Shown: positions 16,752-25,725, counted from the stretch's first letter. The stretch: 37,085 nucleotides of DNA from a virus (IMGVR_UViG_3300038393_001148), one strand, 5' to 3'. Translations and numbers: made by a program. Notes: generated by a model not told the origin, from the sequence alone.

Positions 16752-16979
16752 TTGTCAGTTGTTGTGGAACTTACGGCCGTGCCGTATATGATTTCTCCGC
16801 GCACCGAAGAGGAGGCGCGTCATGGTAAGCCTACCTTGTTGACTGACTGCGACATCGCTTTGCTTGTCGCGGCCTTGCCGAAGATTGAAGTTCCGAGCGC
16901 ATGTAGCGAAGAAGCCGCTGTGCGGTTGTGGAATAAGTTGCTGGCGCTCTGGACCGAGGACAACACGCCCGGCTGCTAA
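16752..16979 (+). CDS. Hypothetical protein
   Basis: GAGGAG SD, TTG start. Confidence 0.55.
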   Translation: MSVVVELTAVPYMISPRTEEEARHGKPTLLTDCDIALLVAALPKIEVPSACSEEAAVRLWNKLLALWTEDNTPGC

Positions 16980-16988
16980 GCTGGGGAC

Positions 16989-17330
16989 ATGTTTGAGATC
17001 AATATCAATACATTGGCTTTGGATGCTGAGGTTCCTTCACAAGAGGCCTTGGATAATGGAGCCAATGCAGTAGTTGCAGCACAAGTGGTGGGAGGCTCCT
17101 CCCTACCCGTGGCGGATCCAAATAACCCAGGACAGCCATTGGTGTTTCCCTCCATTGCGGTTAACTTTGCCCTCTCGAAAGAGAATGCAATTGCCTTTGC
17201 TGACTTGTTACGTAAGAAGGCAGAGGAACTTCCTGATACCCCTGCACCGACTTCAGGAAAGATCATCACCGCGCAAACTCTCTCGGAAGCCGAGAGAGTG
17301 GCACAGGTTCATAATGGCCTAACGCGGTGA
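16989..17330 (+). CDS. Hypothetical protein
   Basis: ORF preceded by TGCTAAGCT (extended -10-like). Confidence 0.7.
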   Translation: MFEININTLALDAEVPSQEALDNGANAVVAAQVVGGSSLPVADPNNPGQPLVFPSIAVNFALSKENAIAFADLLRKKAEELPDTPAPTSGKIITAQTLSEAERVAQVHNGLTR

Positions 17331-17332
17331 AC

Positions 17333-17361
17333 TTGACATTGGAGGGGAGGACTGATATGTT
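17333..17361 (+). promoter_or_regulatory. Sigma70-type promoter
   Basis: TTGACA-17-(TGA)TATGTT. Confidence 0.7.
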
Positions 17362-17371
17362 CTCCCCTCTA

Positions 17372-17635
17372 ATGTCACGTACACGTAAGACCATCGACAT
17401 TGAGACGCTGAAAGCCAGCGTGAACGACGCACTCGCGAACGCCGACTATCAGGATCGCGAGATGGGAGCCGCTTGCGCCCGCGTCTATCGGCAGGGCATC
17501 GCTGGAGTCCTGGAGTCGGCCCTTCACACGACGGGCAATTACAACGGCTTTCGCTACGCCGACCCCAATGCCGAGTACGACGACCAGGGCATTGTCGAGG
17601 GCACCTACGACGACACCCGACGCAACTACTTCTAG
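17372..17635 (+). CDS. Phage hypothetical protein
   Basis: ORF with LES.LH.TGNYNGFRY segment and GC-biased codons. Confidence 0.7.
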   Translation: MSRTRKTIDIETLKASVNDALANADYQDREMGAACARVYRQGIAGVLESALHTTGNYNGFRYADPNAEYDDQGIVEGTYDDTRRNYF

Positions 17636-17638
17636 CCC

Positions 17639-17806
17639 ATGCCCAACCTCAAAATTGTAGCTACGTCCGATCTCCATGGAGATCTTCCCGAGATCCCCGA
17701 GTGCGATATCCATGGGGCTAGAGGGGCCTACCGGCACGATCACACGATGGTGTACAACGCGGCCGAGACGGTCATAGAGGTCCCGCTGGAGGCGTGCTAT
17801 GCCTAA
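17639..17806 (+). pseudogene. Internally deleted calcineurin-like metallophosphoesterase remnant (55 aa)
   Basis: KIVATSDLHGDLPEIPECD (DxH motif) joined directly to IHGARG...TMVYNAA; GDxxD and GNH motifs missing. Confidence 0.6.
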
Positions 17807-18095
17807 GCTCTTCTATCCACCACCCTACAAGCCGGTGATGTATGCCACATACATTTCCAGTCGGATCCCGAAGTGGAAGATCCATACAGCGAAGGGACAC
17901 GCCACCAATGCCATCCAGTACGATAAGAAGGCTGGTGGCGTCATGTATGAGTTGGTTGATGGCGAGTGGCAGGAGTTCCGGCGTATCGAAGGTTTGGGCA
18001 CACAGAACGCGGCCCGCCCTCGTACCTGTCCCGAGTGTGAGCAAACCCGCTTCTTCGACCCTGAAGACTATCTCTGCCTGACGTGCAGGGGATAG
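17799..18095 (+). CDS. Zn-finger-tagged small protein
   Basis: CPECEQTRFFDPEDYLCLTCR. Confidence 0.8.
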   Translation: MPKLFYPPPYKPVMYATYISSRIPKWKIHTAKGHATNAIQYDKKAGGVMYELVDGEWQEFRRIEGLGTQNAARPRTCPECEQTRFFDPEDYLCLTCRG

Positions 18096-18104
18096 ATTCC
18101 TGCC

Positions 18105-18133
18105 TTGACATAGGAATATATTGCTGCTATAGT
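18105..18133 (+). promoter_or_regulatory. Sigma70-type leaderless promoter
   Basis: TTGACA-17-(TGC)TATAGT-7-ATG. Confidence 0.85.
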
Positions 18134-18140
18134 TCCTGGC

Positions 18141-19388
18141 ATGGACTTCGCTGACGCCCACTCCAACGGAACGCTGGTCGATGGTGGTCAGGTCTTCCTG
18201 ATCCCCGTGCAGTTCATCGCCGAGCTTCAGGAGAAGGTCGGCAAGCTGAATAAGAAGGCGTCCAAGCTGGGTACCCCGCCGATCACGCTGACCCTCACCG
18301 ACGAGATCGTCACGAAGGAGGTCAAGGTCGGTGGGAGCATCGCCCGGCAGACCGGCCCGCGCCTCACCTACCAGGCCCGCTACGTCATCCTCAAGGGCTC
18401 CACGCCGGTCATCGAGGGCTGGCAGTTCGTGGCCGTCATTCGGCACCAGCGCACCGGCAACGAGTTCGTCCGCATGCCGCAGGCGTTCGCGCACCTCGCG
18501 GACGAGAACGAGACCACGCTCTCGCACTACGTCTTCGCCGACAAGGTGTGCGACCACTGCAACCTCAAGCGCGTGCGCAACGCGACCTACCTCCTCATGA
18601 ACGAGGAGGGCGAGTTCAAGCAGGTCGGCTCCGCGTGCCTCGGTGACTTCACCGGCTATAACAACCCGCAGGCTGCCGCCCGCGCCTTCGAGAACATCTT
18701 CAAGATGTTCCACACCTTCGAGCAGTATGAGCGCCAGGTCCCGCGTACCACCAAGGTCTTCATGCTGGCCGAGTGGATGGCCTTCGTCGCTCGTCAGGTC
18801 CGCGAGGATGGCGGCTTTGTCTCGCGCTTCGTGGCCGGTCCCAACTCCACCGCCGACCAGGCCAAGATCAACATCCTCAACTACGTGCAGGATCCCAACG
18901 CGACGGTCGTCCCCAACGACGCCGACTGGCACAAGGCTTGGGAGATCATCTCCTGGGTCCGCTCCACCGACGATCAGGGCGAGTTCATGGTCAAGCTGCG
19001 CGCCGCCATGGAGCACAACGACGATCTCCGCGAGGAGGATATGGGGATCACCGCCGCCGCCTTCAAGGCCATGGAAAAGGCGCAGATCGAGGAGCGCAAG
19101 CTCCGCAACCAGTCCGTCCAGGAGTTCTTTGGGATCCCCGGCCAGCGCATCGATGCCCGGCTCACGGTCGAGCGCGTCGGCAATGCCTACAACGGCGGCT
19201 ACGGCGTCTGCTACGCCCACACGCTCGTGGACGCCGAGGGCCACAAGTTCATGATGTGGTACAAGAAGCAGCTTGGCGTCGGCGAGTCCTACAACGTGCG
19301 CGCCACGGTCAAGGACCACAAGGTCAATAACTACACGGGCGACAAGGAGACGGTCATCAACCGCCCGAAGATGGAGGTCGTCGCGTGA
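18141..19388 (+). CDS. Phage protein with CDHC motif and probable C-terminal OB-fold
   Basis: CDHC..KR.R..TYLL...QVGSACL.DF; C-terminal beta-rich ATVKDH..Y.G.KETVINRPK. Confidence 0.75.
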   Translation: MDFADAHSNGTLVDGGQVFLIPVQFIAELQEKVGKLNKKASKLGTPPITLTLTDEIVTKEVKVGGSIARQTGPRLTYQARYVILKGSTPVIEGWQFVAVIRHQRTGNEFVRMPQAFAHLADENETTLSHYVFADKVCDHCNLKRVRNATYLLMNEEGEFKQVGSACLGDFTGYNNPQAAARAFENIFKMFHTFEQYERQVPRTTKVFMLAEWMAFVARQVREDGGFVSRFVAGPNSTADQAKINILNYVQDPNATVVPNDADWHKAWEIISWVRSTDDQGEFMVKLRAAMEHNDDLREEDMGITAAAFKAMEKAQIEERKLRNQSVQEFFGIPGQRIDARLTVERVGNAYNGGYGVCYAHTLVDAEGHKFMMWYKKQLGVGESYNVRATVKDHKVNNYTGDKETVINRPKMEVVA

Positions 19389-20029
19389 CCGCAGATCATT
19401 CGGATACCGTACTCATCGGGTTTGCCGTCTGGGCGCTCCCGCTGTTGGCTGCGATAGTCATAGCGGCCGGGATCGTGGACGGTATGGGAGCCCAGGAGAG
19501 CGACCACGCAGGCCCCGTCCCTGCGGGCGTCTCAAAGGTCTCCAATAAGGTCTACGTCCAGCCCGCGTCGATGCTCCCCGTCTGTGGTCAGGAGGCGGAT
19601 AGCGTGGCGATGAATGTAGAGATTGGAGCTAACCGTCTGGTGAAGTGCGGCTATGATCAGCACTGGAATGTCAAGGACGCCATCTCACCGAATTATCATA
19701 CGGCACTGGGACGGGTCCTCTCTTCCCTTCCGTTTTGGATTCTAGCGCCGCTATGGACCCTCCTGGTATGGGGAGGTCTCGTGATCCCCACCGCGCTCAG
19801 AACGGAGCACAGTGCGCGTCTGAGCGAGCGAACTGGACAAGACGAGGCTCGTATCCTAAGGGAGGAGCGCCTGGCCCTGGCTGAGCGGGATAGGACCACG
19901 GCTCTCCAGCTACGTCTAGAGGCGGAAGAGCACCGTAGAGAAATGAATCTTTGCGGCCAATGCAATGCGCAATGCACCATCGATGGTGACTACCTCTGCA
20001 CCGATTGTAGGAAAAAGGAGGCGGCATGA
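19385..20029 (+). CDS. Zn-finger-tagged two-TM membrane protein
   Basis: Two hydrophobic segments; C-terminal CGQCNAQCTIDGDYLCTDCR. Confidence 0.78.
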   Translation: MTADHSDTVLIGFAVWALPLLAAIVIAAGIVDGMGAQESDHAGPVPAGVSKVSNKVYVQPASMLPVCGQEADSVAMNVEIGANRLVKCGYDQHWNVKDAISPNYHTALGRVLSSLPFWILAPLWTLLVWGGLVIPTALRTEHSARLSERTGQDEARILREERLALAERDRTTALQLRLEAEEHRREMNLCGQCNAQCTIDGDYLCTDCRKKEAA

Positions 20030-20316
20030 CCGCTTCGCTTATCGTCCTCCTCATGGGCTGGGCAATGCTCGTCCTCGGTATGTGGATATTCACAAAGGCC
20101 GCTGAGCTTCTTCAACAGGCTCAGGCGTTTAGGATCCATGCGGAGCGCGACTCAGAAGAAGCGTTTGAGACTATGAAGCGCGTAAATGTCATACACCAAC
20201 AAACGCTTCGCGCACGCAAGGAGATAGGTGCGGTCTACCGAGAGCTACAGGATCGCGCCCATGGAGCAGATTGGGAAATACCCTCGCACTGGCTAGACGA
20301 TGGCGAAGATAACTAG
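20026..20316 (+). CDS. Single-TM hypothetical protein
   Basis: AGGAGG SD, hydrophobic N-terminus. Confidence 0.7.
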   Translation: MTASLIVLLMGWAMLVLGMWIFTKAAELLQQAQAFRIHAERDSEEAFETMKRVNVIHQQTLRARKEIGAVYRELQDRAHGADWEIPSHWLDDGEDN

Positions 20317-20557
20317 CATGTATCCTGGGCCCGAGGCTCCGTTAGAGGCCCCACGCTATTTTGGTAGCGGGATGGAGACTGTCAATAAGTCAGACATTCC
20401 AGCCTGTAGGCTCATGGACGCTATCTACGATGGCATGAATGCCCTAGATGCTGAGTACGGACCGGTAGAGATTGTGACGATATCACATCATTGGGATCGT
20501 ATGGCTGGAGCCGTCAACGGCTCCGCAGTCGTAGTGTTCAGGAGGCGCGATGCCTAA
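20300..20557 (+). CDS. Hypothetical protein, paralog of 3204..3413
   Basis: LDAEYGP motif. Confidence 0.65.
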   Translation: MAKITSMYPGPEAPLEAPRYFGSGMETVNKSDIPACRLMDAIYDGMNALDAEYGPVEIVTISHHWDRMAGAVNGSAVVVFRRRDA

Positions 20558-20885
20558 TTCTCCTGAGCCGCAGCAATGCATGTATCCTGGTTGTACTCAT
20601 ACGACTCGCTACCTCTCCGATATGGAGGTAGAATGGGGAGTCGTCTTTTGCGACATTGATGTCGGCCCGGACGAAAAGAAGGACCCAAAGGACCACGCGG
20701 TCCTCCCACGGCACTGGCGTCAACTCAAAGAGTTCCTGGATAATAAGGACCATGAGGGGCTCAAGGCCTGGCTGAAGGAAATCGGCGTCCCCTGGAAGGG
20801 TATGCCCGAGCCTCCCTGCGCAAGCTGCGATGGCCTAGCACAAGACGGCGACTATTTGTGCGAGTCCTGCCGCCAGATTTCCTAG
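20550..20885 (+). CDS. Zn-finger-tagged small protein
   Basis: AGGAGG SD; CASCDGLAQDGDYLCESCR. Confidence 0.8.
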   Translation: MPNSPEPQQCMYPGCTHTTRYLSDMEVEWGVVFCDIDVGPDEKKDPKDHAVLPRHWRQLKEFLDNKDHEGLKAWLKEIGVPWKGMPEPPCASCDGLAQDGDYLCESCRQIS

Positions 20886-20935
20886 CGCGGTATATTCTGC
20901 TATGCTCCGCGCGTCACCCATTCCAAGGAGGCAAT

Positions 20936-21106
20936 ATGCCCATCTCCGCAGGGCTTACGCCCGCTGAGAACCTAATCATCAAGACGATGCAGGACGCCCT
21001 AGAGGACGGCTATAACCACGGCAGCGCCTTGATCCGGGCCTCGCACACGCTCGGCCTTCCTCGCAAGCGGGTCCTCCAGGCTTGGATCCGCTTCCTCTCC
21101 GTATGA
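20936..21106 (+). CDS. Small hypothetical protein
   Basis: AAGGAGG SD. Confidence 0.65.
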   Translation: MPISAGLTPAENLIIKTMQDALEDGYNHGSALIRASHTLGLPRKRVLQAWIRFLSV

Positions 21107-21288
21107 ATATCTCCAAGGTCCAGCCTGGAGATAATGTCACTTGTAACGTTAAGGGCAGAGAATTCACCGCTACCGTGGAGGAAAAGGTAGACGGCGGTTT
21201 GCGTATCAGCCCTGACAGCAAGGGCATCACATACTTCCATGTTACCGCGCGTCAAATCACCAAGATCAATAAGAAGGCCAAGGAGTAG
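21103..21288 (+). CDS. Small SH3-like protein
   Basis: VQPGDNV.C.VKGREF.ATV. Confidence 0.65.
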   Translation: MNISKVQPGDNVTCNVKGREFTATVEEKVDGGLRISPDSKGITYFHVTARQITKINKKAKE

Positions 21289-21291
21289 GAG

Positions 21292-21528
21292 TTGACCGAC
21301 GCGAAGCAGGTAGCATTAGACGAAGTGCATCAAGCAGCAGAGACATTTCGTCAGGCCCAGCAAGCTACCTCTCAAGCTCGTGAAGCATTCATCGACAAGA
21401 TCATCGAAGCCCGAGATCTGAAGGCAACACAGCAGGAGATTGCTGAGCAATGTGTGACAGATGAGCCAGAGGGTCATCTGAGCAGACAAAGAGTGGCACA
21501 GTTCATCAATGAAAGGAAGCAGGGATGA
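21292..21528 (+). CDS. HTH DNA-binding protein
   Basis: ATQQEIAE...LSRQRVAQFI. Confidence 0.65.
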   Translation: MTDAKQVALDEVHQAAETFRQAQQATSQAREAFIDKIIEARDLKATQQEIAEQCVTDEPEGHLSRQRVAQFINERKQG

Positions 21529-21788
21529 ACTATGATAACGCTATCTTTTTAAAACGATTCAAAGAGTTAGAAGCCAAAGAGGGATTGACCCTCGCCGAAG
21601 TCGCAAGTCGTATAGGTTGGACGGCAAAAGATTCCCGATCCAAGAAAGAGAAACCCGACTCCAGTCGGGTTGCTCGGTCGCTAGGTATGGTGAAGGAAAA
21701 TGGCGTCTACCGAAGCTATGTTAACTATGCTAATGCAACAGCCTTATCTAAGGCTTTACACCTAGATCCGCATGAGTGTGATCTGTGA
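21525..21788 (+). CDS. XRE-like HTH protein
   Basis: EGLTLAEVASRIGW...ALSKALHLDP. Confidence 0.6.
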   Translation: MNYDNAIFLKRFKELEAKEGLTLAEVASRIGWTAKDSRSKKEKPDSSRVARSLGMVKENGVYRSYVNYANATALSKALHLDPHECDL

Positions 21789-22003
21789 TTAAGTGCGCCC
21801 AATGTGACAAGGCGGCATCAGGCGTGGACTATCTGTGTCGTGTATGTCGCTGGCGGGCGGATCCCGAGGGCCGGTGTGATTATTGCGGTTATTATCTCCC
21901 GCCGCAGCGAACTGGTCGGTTCCAAGGGCTATGCCCTGACTGCGTAGTCATTGCTGAGGAGTCGGTGCCCATTCTCAAGGACTACTATGCAAGCCAAGCC
22001 TGA
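21785..22003 (+). CDS. Double Zn-finger protein with the tag at the N-terminus
   Basis: CAQCDKAASGVDYLCRVCR followed by CDYC...CPDC. Confidence 0.7.
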   Translation: MIKCAQCDKAASGVDYLCRVCRWRADPEGRCDYCGYYLPPQRTGRFQGLCPDCVVIAEESVPILKDYYASQA

Positions 22004-22352
22004 CGTGATTTACTACCGCTGGAGCTATTCTCCTACAACCGGGGATGTGACTCTCGCTCATAATCATGAAGGGCATCCGGCCGATATCCGCTTCCACTCC
22101 GAGATGGAGCTAGAGCGTCCCGAGAAGGATCTTATCCATGGCTTCGCCCATCGCAACGAGAGCGGGTGGACCATCATGGACGAGGAGAGTAAACCAATCG
22201 GGGATCCTCATATCATCGAGTCGGTAGAGCGTGCCATTGAGGCCGATAGCACGCAGCGCATGTCTGCCTACCAGCATAAGGACACGCCGGAAACCTTTTG
22301 GGAAAGGATGCGTCTCATCCATGGAGAAGACGTTGGACCAAGTAAGGATTAA
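21987..22352 (+). CDS. Hypothetical His-containing protein
   Basis: AAGGA SD; ORF. Confidence 0.65.
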   Translation: MQAKPDVIYYRWSYSPTTGDVTLAHNHEGHPADIRFHSEMELERPEKDLIHGFAHRNESGWTIMDEESKPIGDPHIIESVERAIEADSTQRMSAYQHKDTPETFWERMRLIHGEDVGPSKD

Positions 22353-22764
22353 ACGACTACGGGATGTCGAGCTTCCTAAGTATCAGACGGTAGGGGCGGC
22401 GGGGTTTGATCTCGCCGCTGGAGTAGGACTAGTAGTCGGGGCGCAGGGTAAGGCGCTGATTCCTACCGGGCTGGTGATCGAGTCTCCTCCCGACCACGCC
22501 CTCCTGATTACGCCACGTTCGTCGTTGTTCTACAAGAAGTCCTTGTTATTGGCAAACGCGCCAGGAGTAATTGACGAGGACTACTGTGGCGACGAAGACG
22601 AGATCCTGTTGAGCGTGTTCAATCCAACCAACGAGTCCGTGCATGTTTCCCCAGGGGAGCGTCTAGCACAAGGTCTCTTCGTTCCCGTGAGCCGAGTCCA
22701 ATTTAAGGGCGTGGAACAAATGGGAGGCCAAAGCCGTGGCGGATTCGGAAGCACCGGGCTATAG
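22321..22764 (+). CDS. dut: Trimeric dUTPase
   Basis: Motifs AAGFDL, PRSS, GVIDEDY.G, ERLAQ, RGGFGSTG. Confidence 0.95.
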   Translation: MEKTLDQVRIKRLRDVELPKYQTVGAAGFDLAAGVGLVVGAQGKALIPTGLVIESPPDHALLITPRSSLFYKKSLLLANAPGVIDEDYCGDEDEILLSVFNPTNESVHVSPGERLAQGLFVPVSRVQFKGVEQMGGQSRGGFGSTGL

Positions 22765-22901
22765 CTTTCGCTATGAGCACTGTGACGTTCCCGAGGGTAT
22801 GACGTTGGCCCAATGGCGTACATCACATGTGTCATGCAAGAAACGTTTTCTTGATAAGAATATCTTACGCCTAATTCGCAAAAGGAAGGAACGCGAATTA
22901 G

Positions 22902-23105
22902 ATGGCCCAGACCAAAGTATCAGCTAAACTTGTCTACATCGCCAAGAGCAGCGATTGGACGGGACGACGCCTATACCTTGGTGGGCATCGAATACATCAC
23001 GGGCTGACCGGGATCTTGTTTACCTGCCTCGGTGTTATACTAGCGGTCCACGACAGACATGATTGGAAAGTATGGATCAGGGATCTTTGGAACGAGATGA
23101 CCTAG
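22902..23105 (+). CDS. Small membrane protein
   Basis: RIHHGLTG plus a hydrophobic helix. Confidence 0.6.
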   Translation: MAQTKVSAKLVYIAKSSDWTGRRLYLGGHRIHHGLTGILFTCLGVILAVHDRHDWKVWIRDLWNEMT

Positions 23106-23284
23106 CCCTAGCTGACAAAGTTGTAGCACTTGATGGTGTCAGGTTCAAGCTCACTGTAGTACGAGACGGTCGAGGAACGCATGCCTTGGTTGAAGCCGAA
23201 GAACAGAGGCCAGGATATCCAACAGGAGCGCGAGAGCACTCCTGGATCTCCATCCACTCGCAACCATATGATAGTCAACTATGA
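23072..23284 (+). CDS. Hypothetical protein
   Basis: ORF fills the gap. Confidence 0.5.
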   Translation: MDQGSLERDDLALADKVVALDGVRFKLTVVRDGRGTHALVEAEEQRPGYPTGAREHSWISIHSQPYDSQL

Positions 23285-23486
23285 GTTGACTATTTGGATT
23301 TCGGGCGGCGAATCCACATGGTCCAATGAATATCGATTCGTAGAGCGTCCGGCCTTCGAATCGATTCATTTCTTACTACGCGAATGCGAGGCGGCATTCG
23401 CGGATCTCTACTCGGCTCAGATTGAGGACCGCCATGTCTCAGTGGCCTACTTGTGCAATGAGGATCGGGTAGAGATCGATGTATGA
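23268..23486 (+). CDS. Hypothetical protein
   Basis: ORF fills the gap. Confidence 0.5.
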   Translation: MIVNYELTIWISGGESTWSNEYRFVERPAFESIHFLLRECEAAFADLYSAQIEDRHVSVAYLCNEDRVEIDV

Positions 23487-23652
23487 ACAAGAGGAATGGA
23501 ACGTATTGTTAAATAGGCAGATCCGCAGAGAGCTAAGTAGGGAATATGCGGCCCGCCTTGCCTATATGCTCAAGGAATGTCCCGAATGTTTCAAAATGTC
23601 AGTAATTGGAGGTAATGATTATTTATGTCACAAGTGTCGGCAGCAAGTGTAA
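23479..23652 (+). CDS. Zn-finger-tagged small protein (57 aa, missed by the ORF track)
   Basis: MYEQEEW...CPECFKMSVIGGNDYLCHKCRQQV. Confidence 0.75.
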   Translation: MYEQEEWNVLLNRQIRRELSREYAARLAYMLKECPECFKMSVIGGNDYLCHKCRQQV

Positions 23653-23654
23653 AG

Positions 23655-23921
23655 GTGGACCAGGAGTATTGTCCTGGGTCCTATAAGAAGGCCGAGAAGA
23701 AGGGTAGCAAGTACATTGGCAACAGGCTGAAGTACCTGTGTCCCGACTGCCATAAGCATTACACACGCGATGCTTCAGGGCGGATCACAAAGCACGGCTA
23801 CAAGGTTGTCGCCAACCGTAAGGGCGAGAAGACCTGGGTGAGCCATTGTGCTTCATGTCGAAAGAAATTCGAGGGATTGGATTATCTATGTCCGAAGTGC
23901 CGCCTGAAGTCCGAAAGGTAA
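23655..23921 (+). CDS. Zn-finger-tagged small protein
   Basis: CPGS...CPDC...H; C-terminal CASCRKKFEGLDYLCPKCR. Confidence 0.78.
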   Translation: MDQEYCPGSYKKAEKKGSKYIGNRLKYLCPDCHKHYTRDASGRITKHGYKVVANRKGEKTWVSHCASCRKKFEGLDYLCPKCRLKSER

Positions 23922-24202
23922 TCCGAGGAATCCACGCTGCCGCACTCGCTCAAGCGAAGCGGGGGATGGAGGATGTGACTCTTTGCCAAGGAGATGTACT
24001 CAATTGGTCTGTTAGTTATCAGGGCTATCATAATTCGGGTGCCTCCTGGAAGTCGGATGAGGTCGAGATCAAGTTCGCCGCCTGGCAGTGGATCAGGGAA
24101 AATGGATTTCCTACAGACGAGGTAGCCACCGGGGTATGCGCTGAGTGCGAAGATACCTTCGACTACCTGTGTCCCTCATGCCGCTTGACATCTGAGGACT
24201 AG
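23888..24202 (+). CDS. Zn-finger-tagged small protein
   Basis: CAECEDTFDYLCPSCR. Confidence 0.78.
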   Translation: MSEVPPEVRKVIRGIHAAALAQAKRGMEDVTLCQGDVLNWSVSYQGYHNSGASWKSDEVEIKFAAWQWIRENGFPTDEVATGVCAECEDTFDYLCPSCRLTSED

Positions 24203-24213
24203 CCGAGTACCAT
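24185..24213 (+). promoter_or_regulatory. Sigma70-type promoter
   Basis: TTGACA-17-TACCAT, directly after the CR codons of the tag. Confidence 0.7.
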
Positions 24214-24224
24214 TTGAGGTTCGT

Positions 24225-24494
24225 ATGGAACCCGAGAAATTTTGGCCTACCGGTACGCGAGTCCTCCTTGCTAGTCGCCTGTCTGGGACGCTTGGGGTGG
24301 TCACGGGCCGCAGGTCCGAAAACGGCATTGATTTCAACGTCGTTAAGTGGGATCGCGGTTCCGGTCAGGGGGATGGCGGGTATCTACCGGAGAACCTAAT
24401 ACCCGCTACGAAGAATCAGTATCTCTCTGTCTGTGCCGAGTGCGGCGGCTGGGCGCTGAACGATTACCTCTGCGAGGAATGCCGTGGAGCGTGA
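24225..24494 (+). CDS. Zn-finger-tagged protein with SH3-like N-terminus
   Basis: GTRV...GVV...VVKWD...YLPENL; CAECGGWALNDYLCEECR. Confidence 0.8.
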   Translation: MEPEKFWPTGTRVLLASRLSGTLGVVTGRRSENGIDFNVVKWDRGSGQGDGGYLPENLIPATKNQYLSVCAECGGWALNDYLCEECRGA

Positions 24495-24810
24495 CACCTA
24501 CGTGATCCATGTGAATCGACCGGGCCAGGTAGGACTAGTCCTAGCGGACTCTCAATCGCGGGCCATGAAGAAGGACGAGATGGTCCTCACCCTCTGGGAG
24601 ACCGAGCAGGGCCAGGAGGTTTGCTGGTCGGAGGCCATTCTTCTCCAGGAGTTCAGATGGGGTACGTGCCTGGAGTGCGAGCGCGATGGGCAAATCGAAC
24701 CAGGCTATTGGAAGTGCATTGGATGCGCGGAAATGACCGATGACGATGACAGGATCTATCCTTGCGTCCTCTATTCGGACCCACGAAAGAAATCTGAGGA
24801 AGGCCCTTGA
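24484..24810 (+). CDS. Small protein with a degenerate Zn-finger tag
   Basis: CLECERDGQIEPGYWKCIGC. Confidence 0.7.
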   Translation: MERDTYVIHVNRPGQVGLVLADSQSRAMKKDEMVLTLWETEQGQEVCWSEAILLQEFRWGTCLECERDGQIEPGYWKCIGCAEMTDDDDRIYPCVLYSDPRKKSEEGP

Positions 24811-24835
24811 CATTCTCATCTGAGGCTGGTACCTT
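24807..24835 (+). promoter_or_regulatory. Sigma70-type leaderless promoter
   Basis: TTGACA-17-(TGG)TACCTT-7-ATG(24843). Confidence 0.8.
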
Positions 24836-24842
24836 AGTTGAC

Positions 24843-25127
24843 ATGAGCACTTCCACCAACTCCAACAAGTCTGCTCCGAAGACCACCCCGACGCTTCTCG
24901 CTCTTCTCGTCAAGCTCTTCGAGGCCAAGAAGGCGTCGGCCAAGGATCTGGACACCAACGCGGTGTACATGGGTCGCCTGGAGAAGGAGGGCCTGGTCAA
25001 GGTCGTCGGCAAGGTCGAGACCGGCAAGCGCGGTCGCCCGGCGCACATCTACGCCGTCACCGACAAGGGCCGTGGCCGCGCCAAGCGCGCCGCCGACAAG
25101 CGTCAGGCCACCGAGCAGGTGGCCTGA
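24843..25127 (+). CDS. Winged-helix DNA-binding protein
   Basis: RLEKEGLV...GKRGRPAHIYAVTDKG wing motif. Confidence 0.75.
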   Translation: MSTSTNSNKSAPKTTPTLLALLVKLFEAKKASAKDLDTNAVYMGRLEKEGLVKVVGKVETGKRGRPAHIYAVTDKGRGRAKRAADKRQATEQVA

Positions 25128-25342
25128 TGTCCCGCCTGAATTGGCGGCTGTGGCTCAAAATCTCCATCGGGATGCTGATCGTGGCATGGGCGATTTTCGT
25201 CATCATCATCGCCGCGTCGATGACCTCCGGTGCATGCGCTCAAAGTCCTCTCCTGAATCCCTCCAACCCAGCGTCGCCGCTCAACCCGATGTACAGTCCC
25301 GGACTGTACGCCGACGATGATCCCTCCTCAAAGGGCTGCTAA
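25127..25342 (+). CDS. Small membrane protein
   Basis: TM segment plus LNPSNPASPLNP. Confidence 0.6.
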   Translation: MSRLNWRLWLKISIGMLIVAWAIFVIIIAASMTSGACAQSPLLNPSNPASPLNPMYSPGLYADDDPSSKGC

Positions 25343-25355
25343 TTAGCAGCCCTTT
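25330..25355. terminator. Perfect 26-bp palindrome, likely bidirectional terminator
   Basis: AAAGGGCTGCTAATTAGCAGCCCTTT. Confidence 0.7.
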
Positions 25356-25359
25356 GTAC

Positions 25360-25388
25360 TTGACAGATCACTCCTACCCTGGTAAATT
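25360..25388 (+). promoter_or_regulatory. Sigma70-type leaderless promoter
   Basis: TTGACA-17-(TGG)TAAATT-7-ATG(25396). Confidence 0.82.
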
Positions 25389-25395
25389 AGTACCT

Positions 25396-25725
25396 ATGAG
25401 CGCTACCACGACTTCCGCGAAGATGGTCACCCTTCACTGCCAGGCCGGGAACCACACTTGGGAGCGCCCAAGCCAGCGCGGCAAGCGCCCGTTCAACTGC
25501 CCAGAGCACGCCGGGCAGGCGTCTGAGAGCCCGGCCCCGCGCACGTCGGAGCGCCGCCTCCCCGAGGAGCTTCAGCCCTACCTCGGCCGCGAGCCCAAGA
25601 ACTACACCGAGCGGAAGCTCGTCTACATCGCCGCGCAGGTGGCATCCGGCAAGCGCGAGCAGAGCGAGGTCACCGACCTTCTCTACACCGCGCGCCTCGT
25701 CCTACGGAGCATGAAGCTCTCGTGA
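25396..25725 (+). CDS. Hypothetical protein with a C/H Zn-binding motif
   Basis: CQAGNHTW...RGKRP..CPEH. Confidence 0.72.
   Translation: MSATTTSAKMVTLHCQAGNHTWERPSQRGKRPFNCPEHAGQASESPAPRTSERRLPEELQPYLGREPKNYTERKLVYIAAQVASGKREQSEVTDLLYTARLVLRSMKLS

Noticed and set aside
22736-22927. ORF containing YEHCDVPEGMTLAQWR
   Set aside because: It looks protein-like but has no convincing start outside the dUTPase 3' end, so it is not listed as a CDS.
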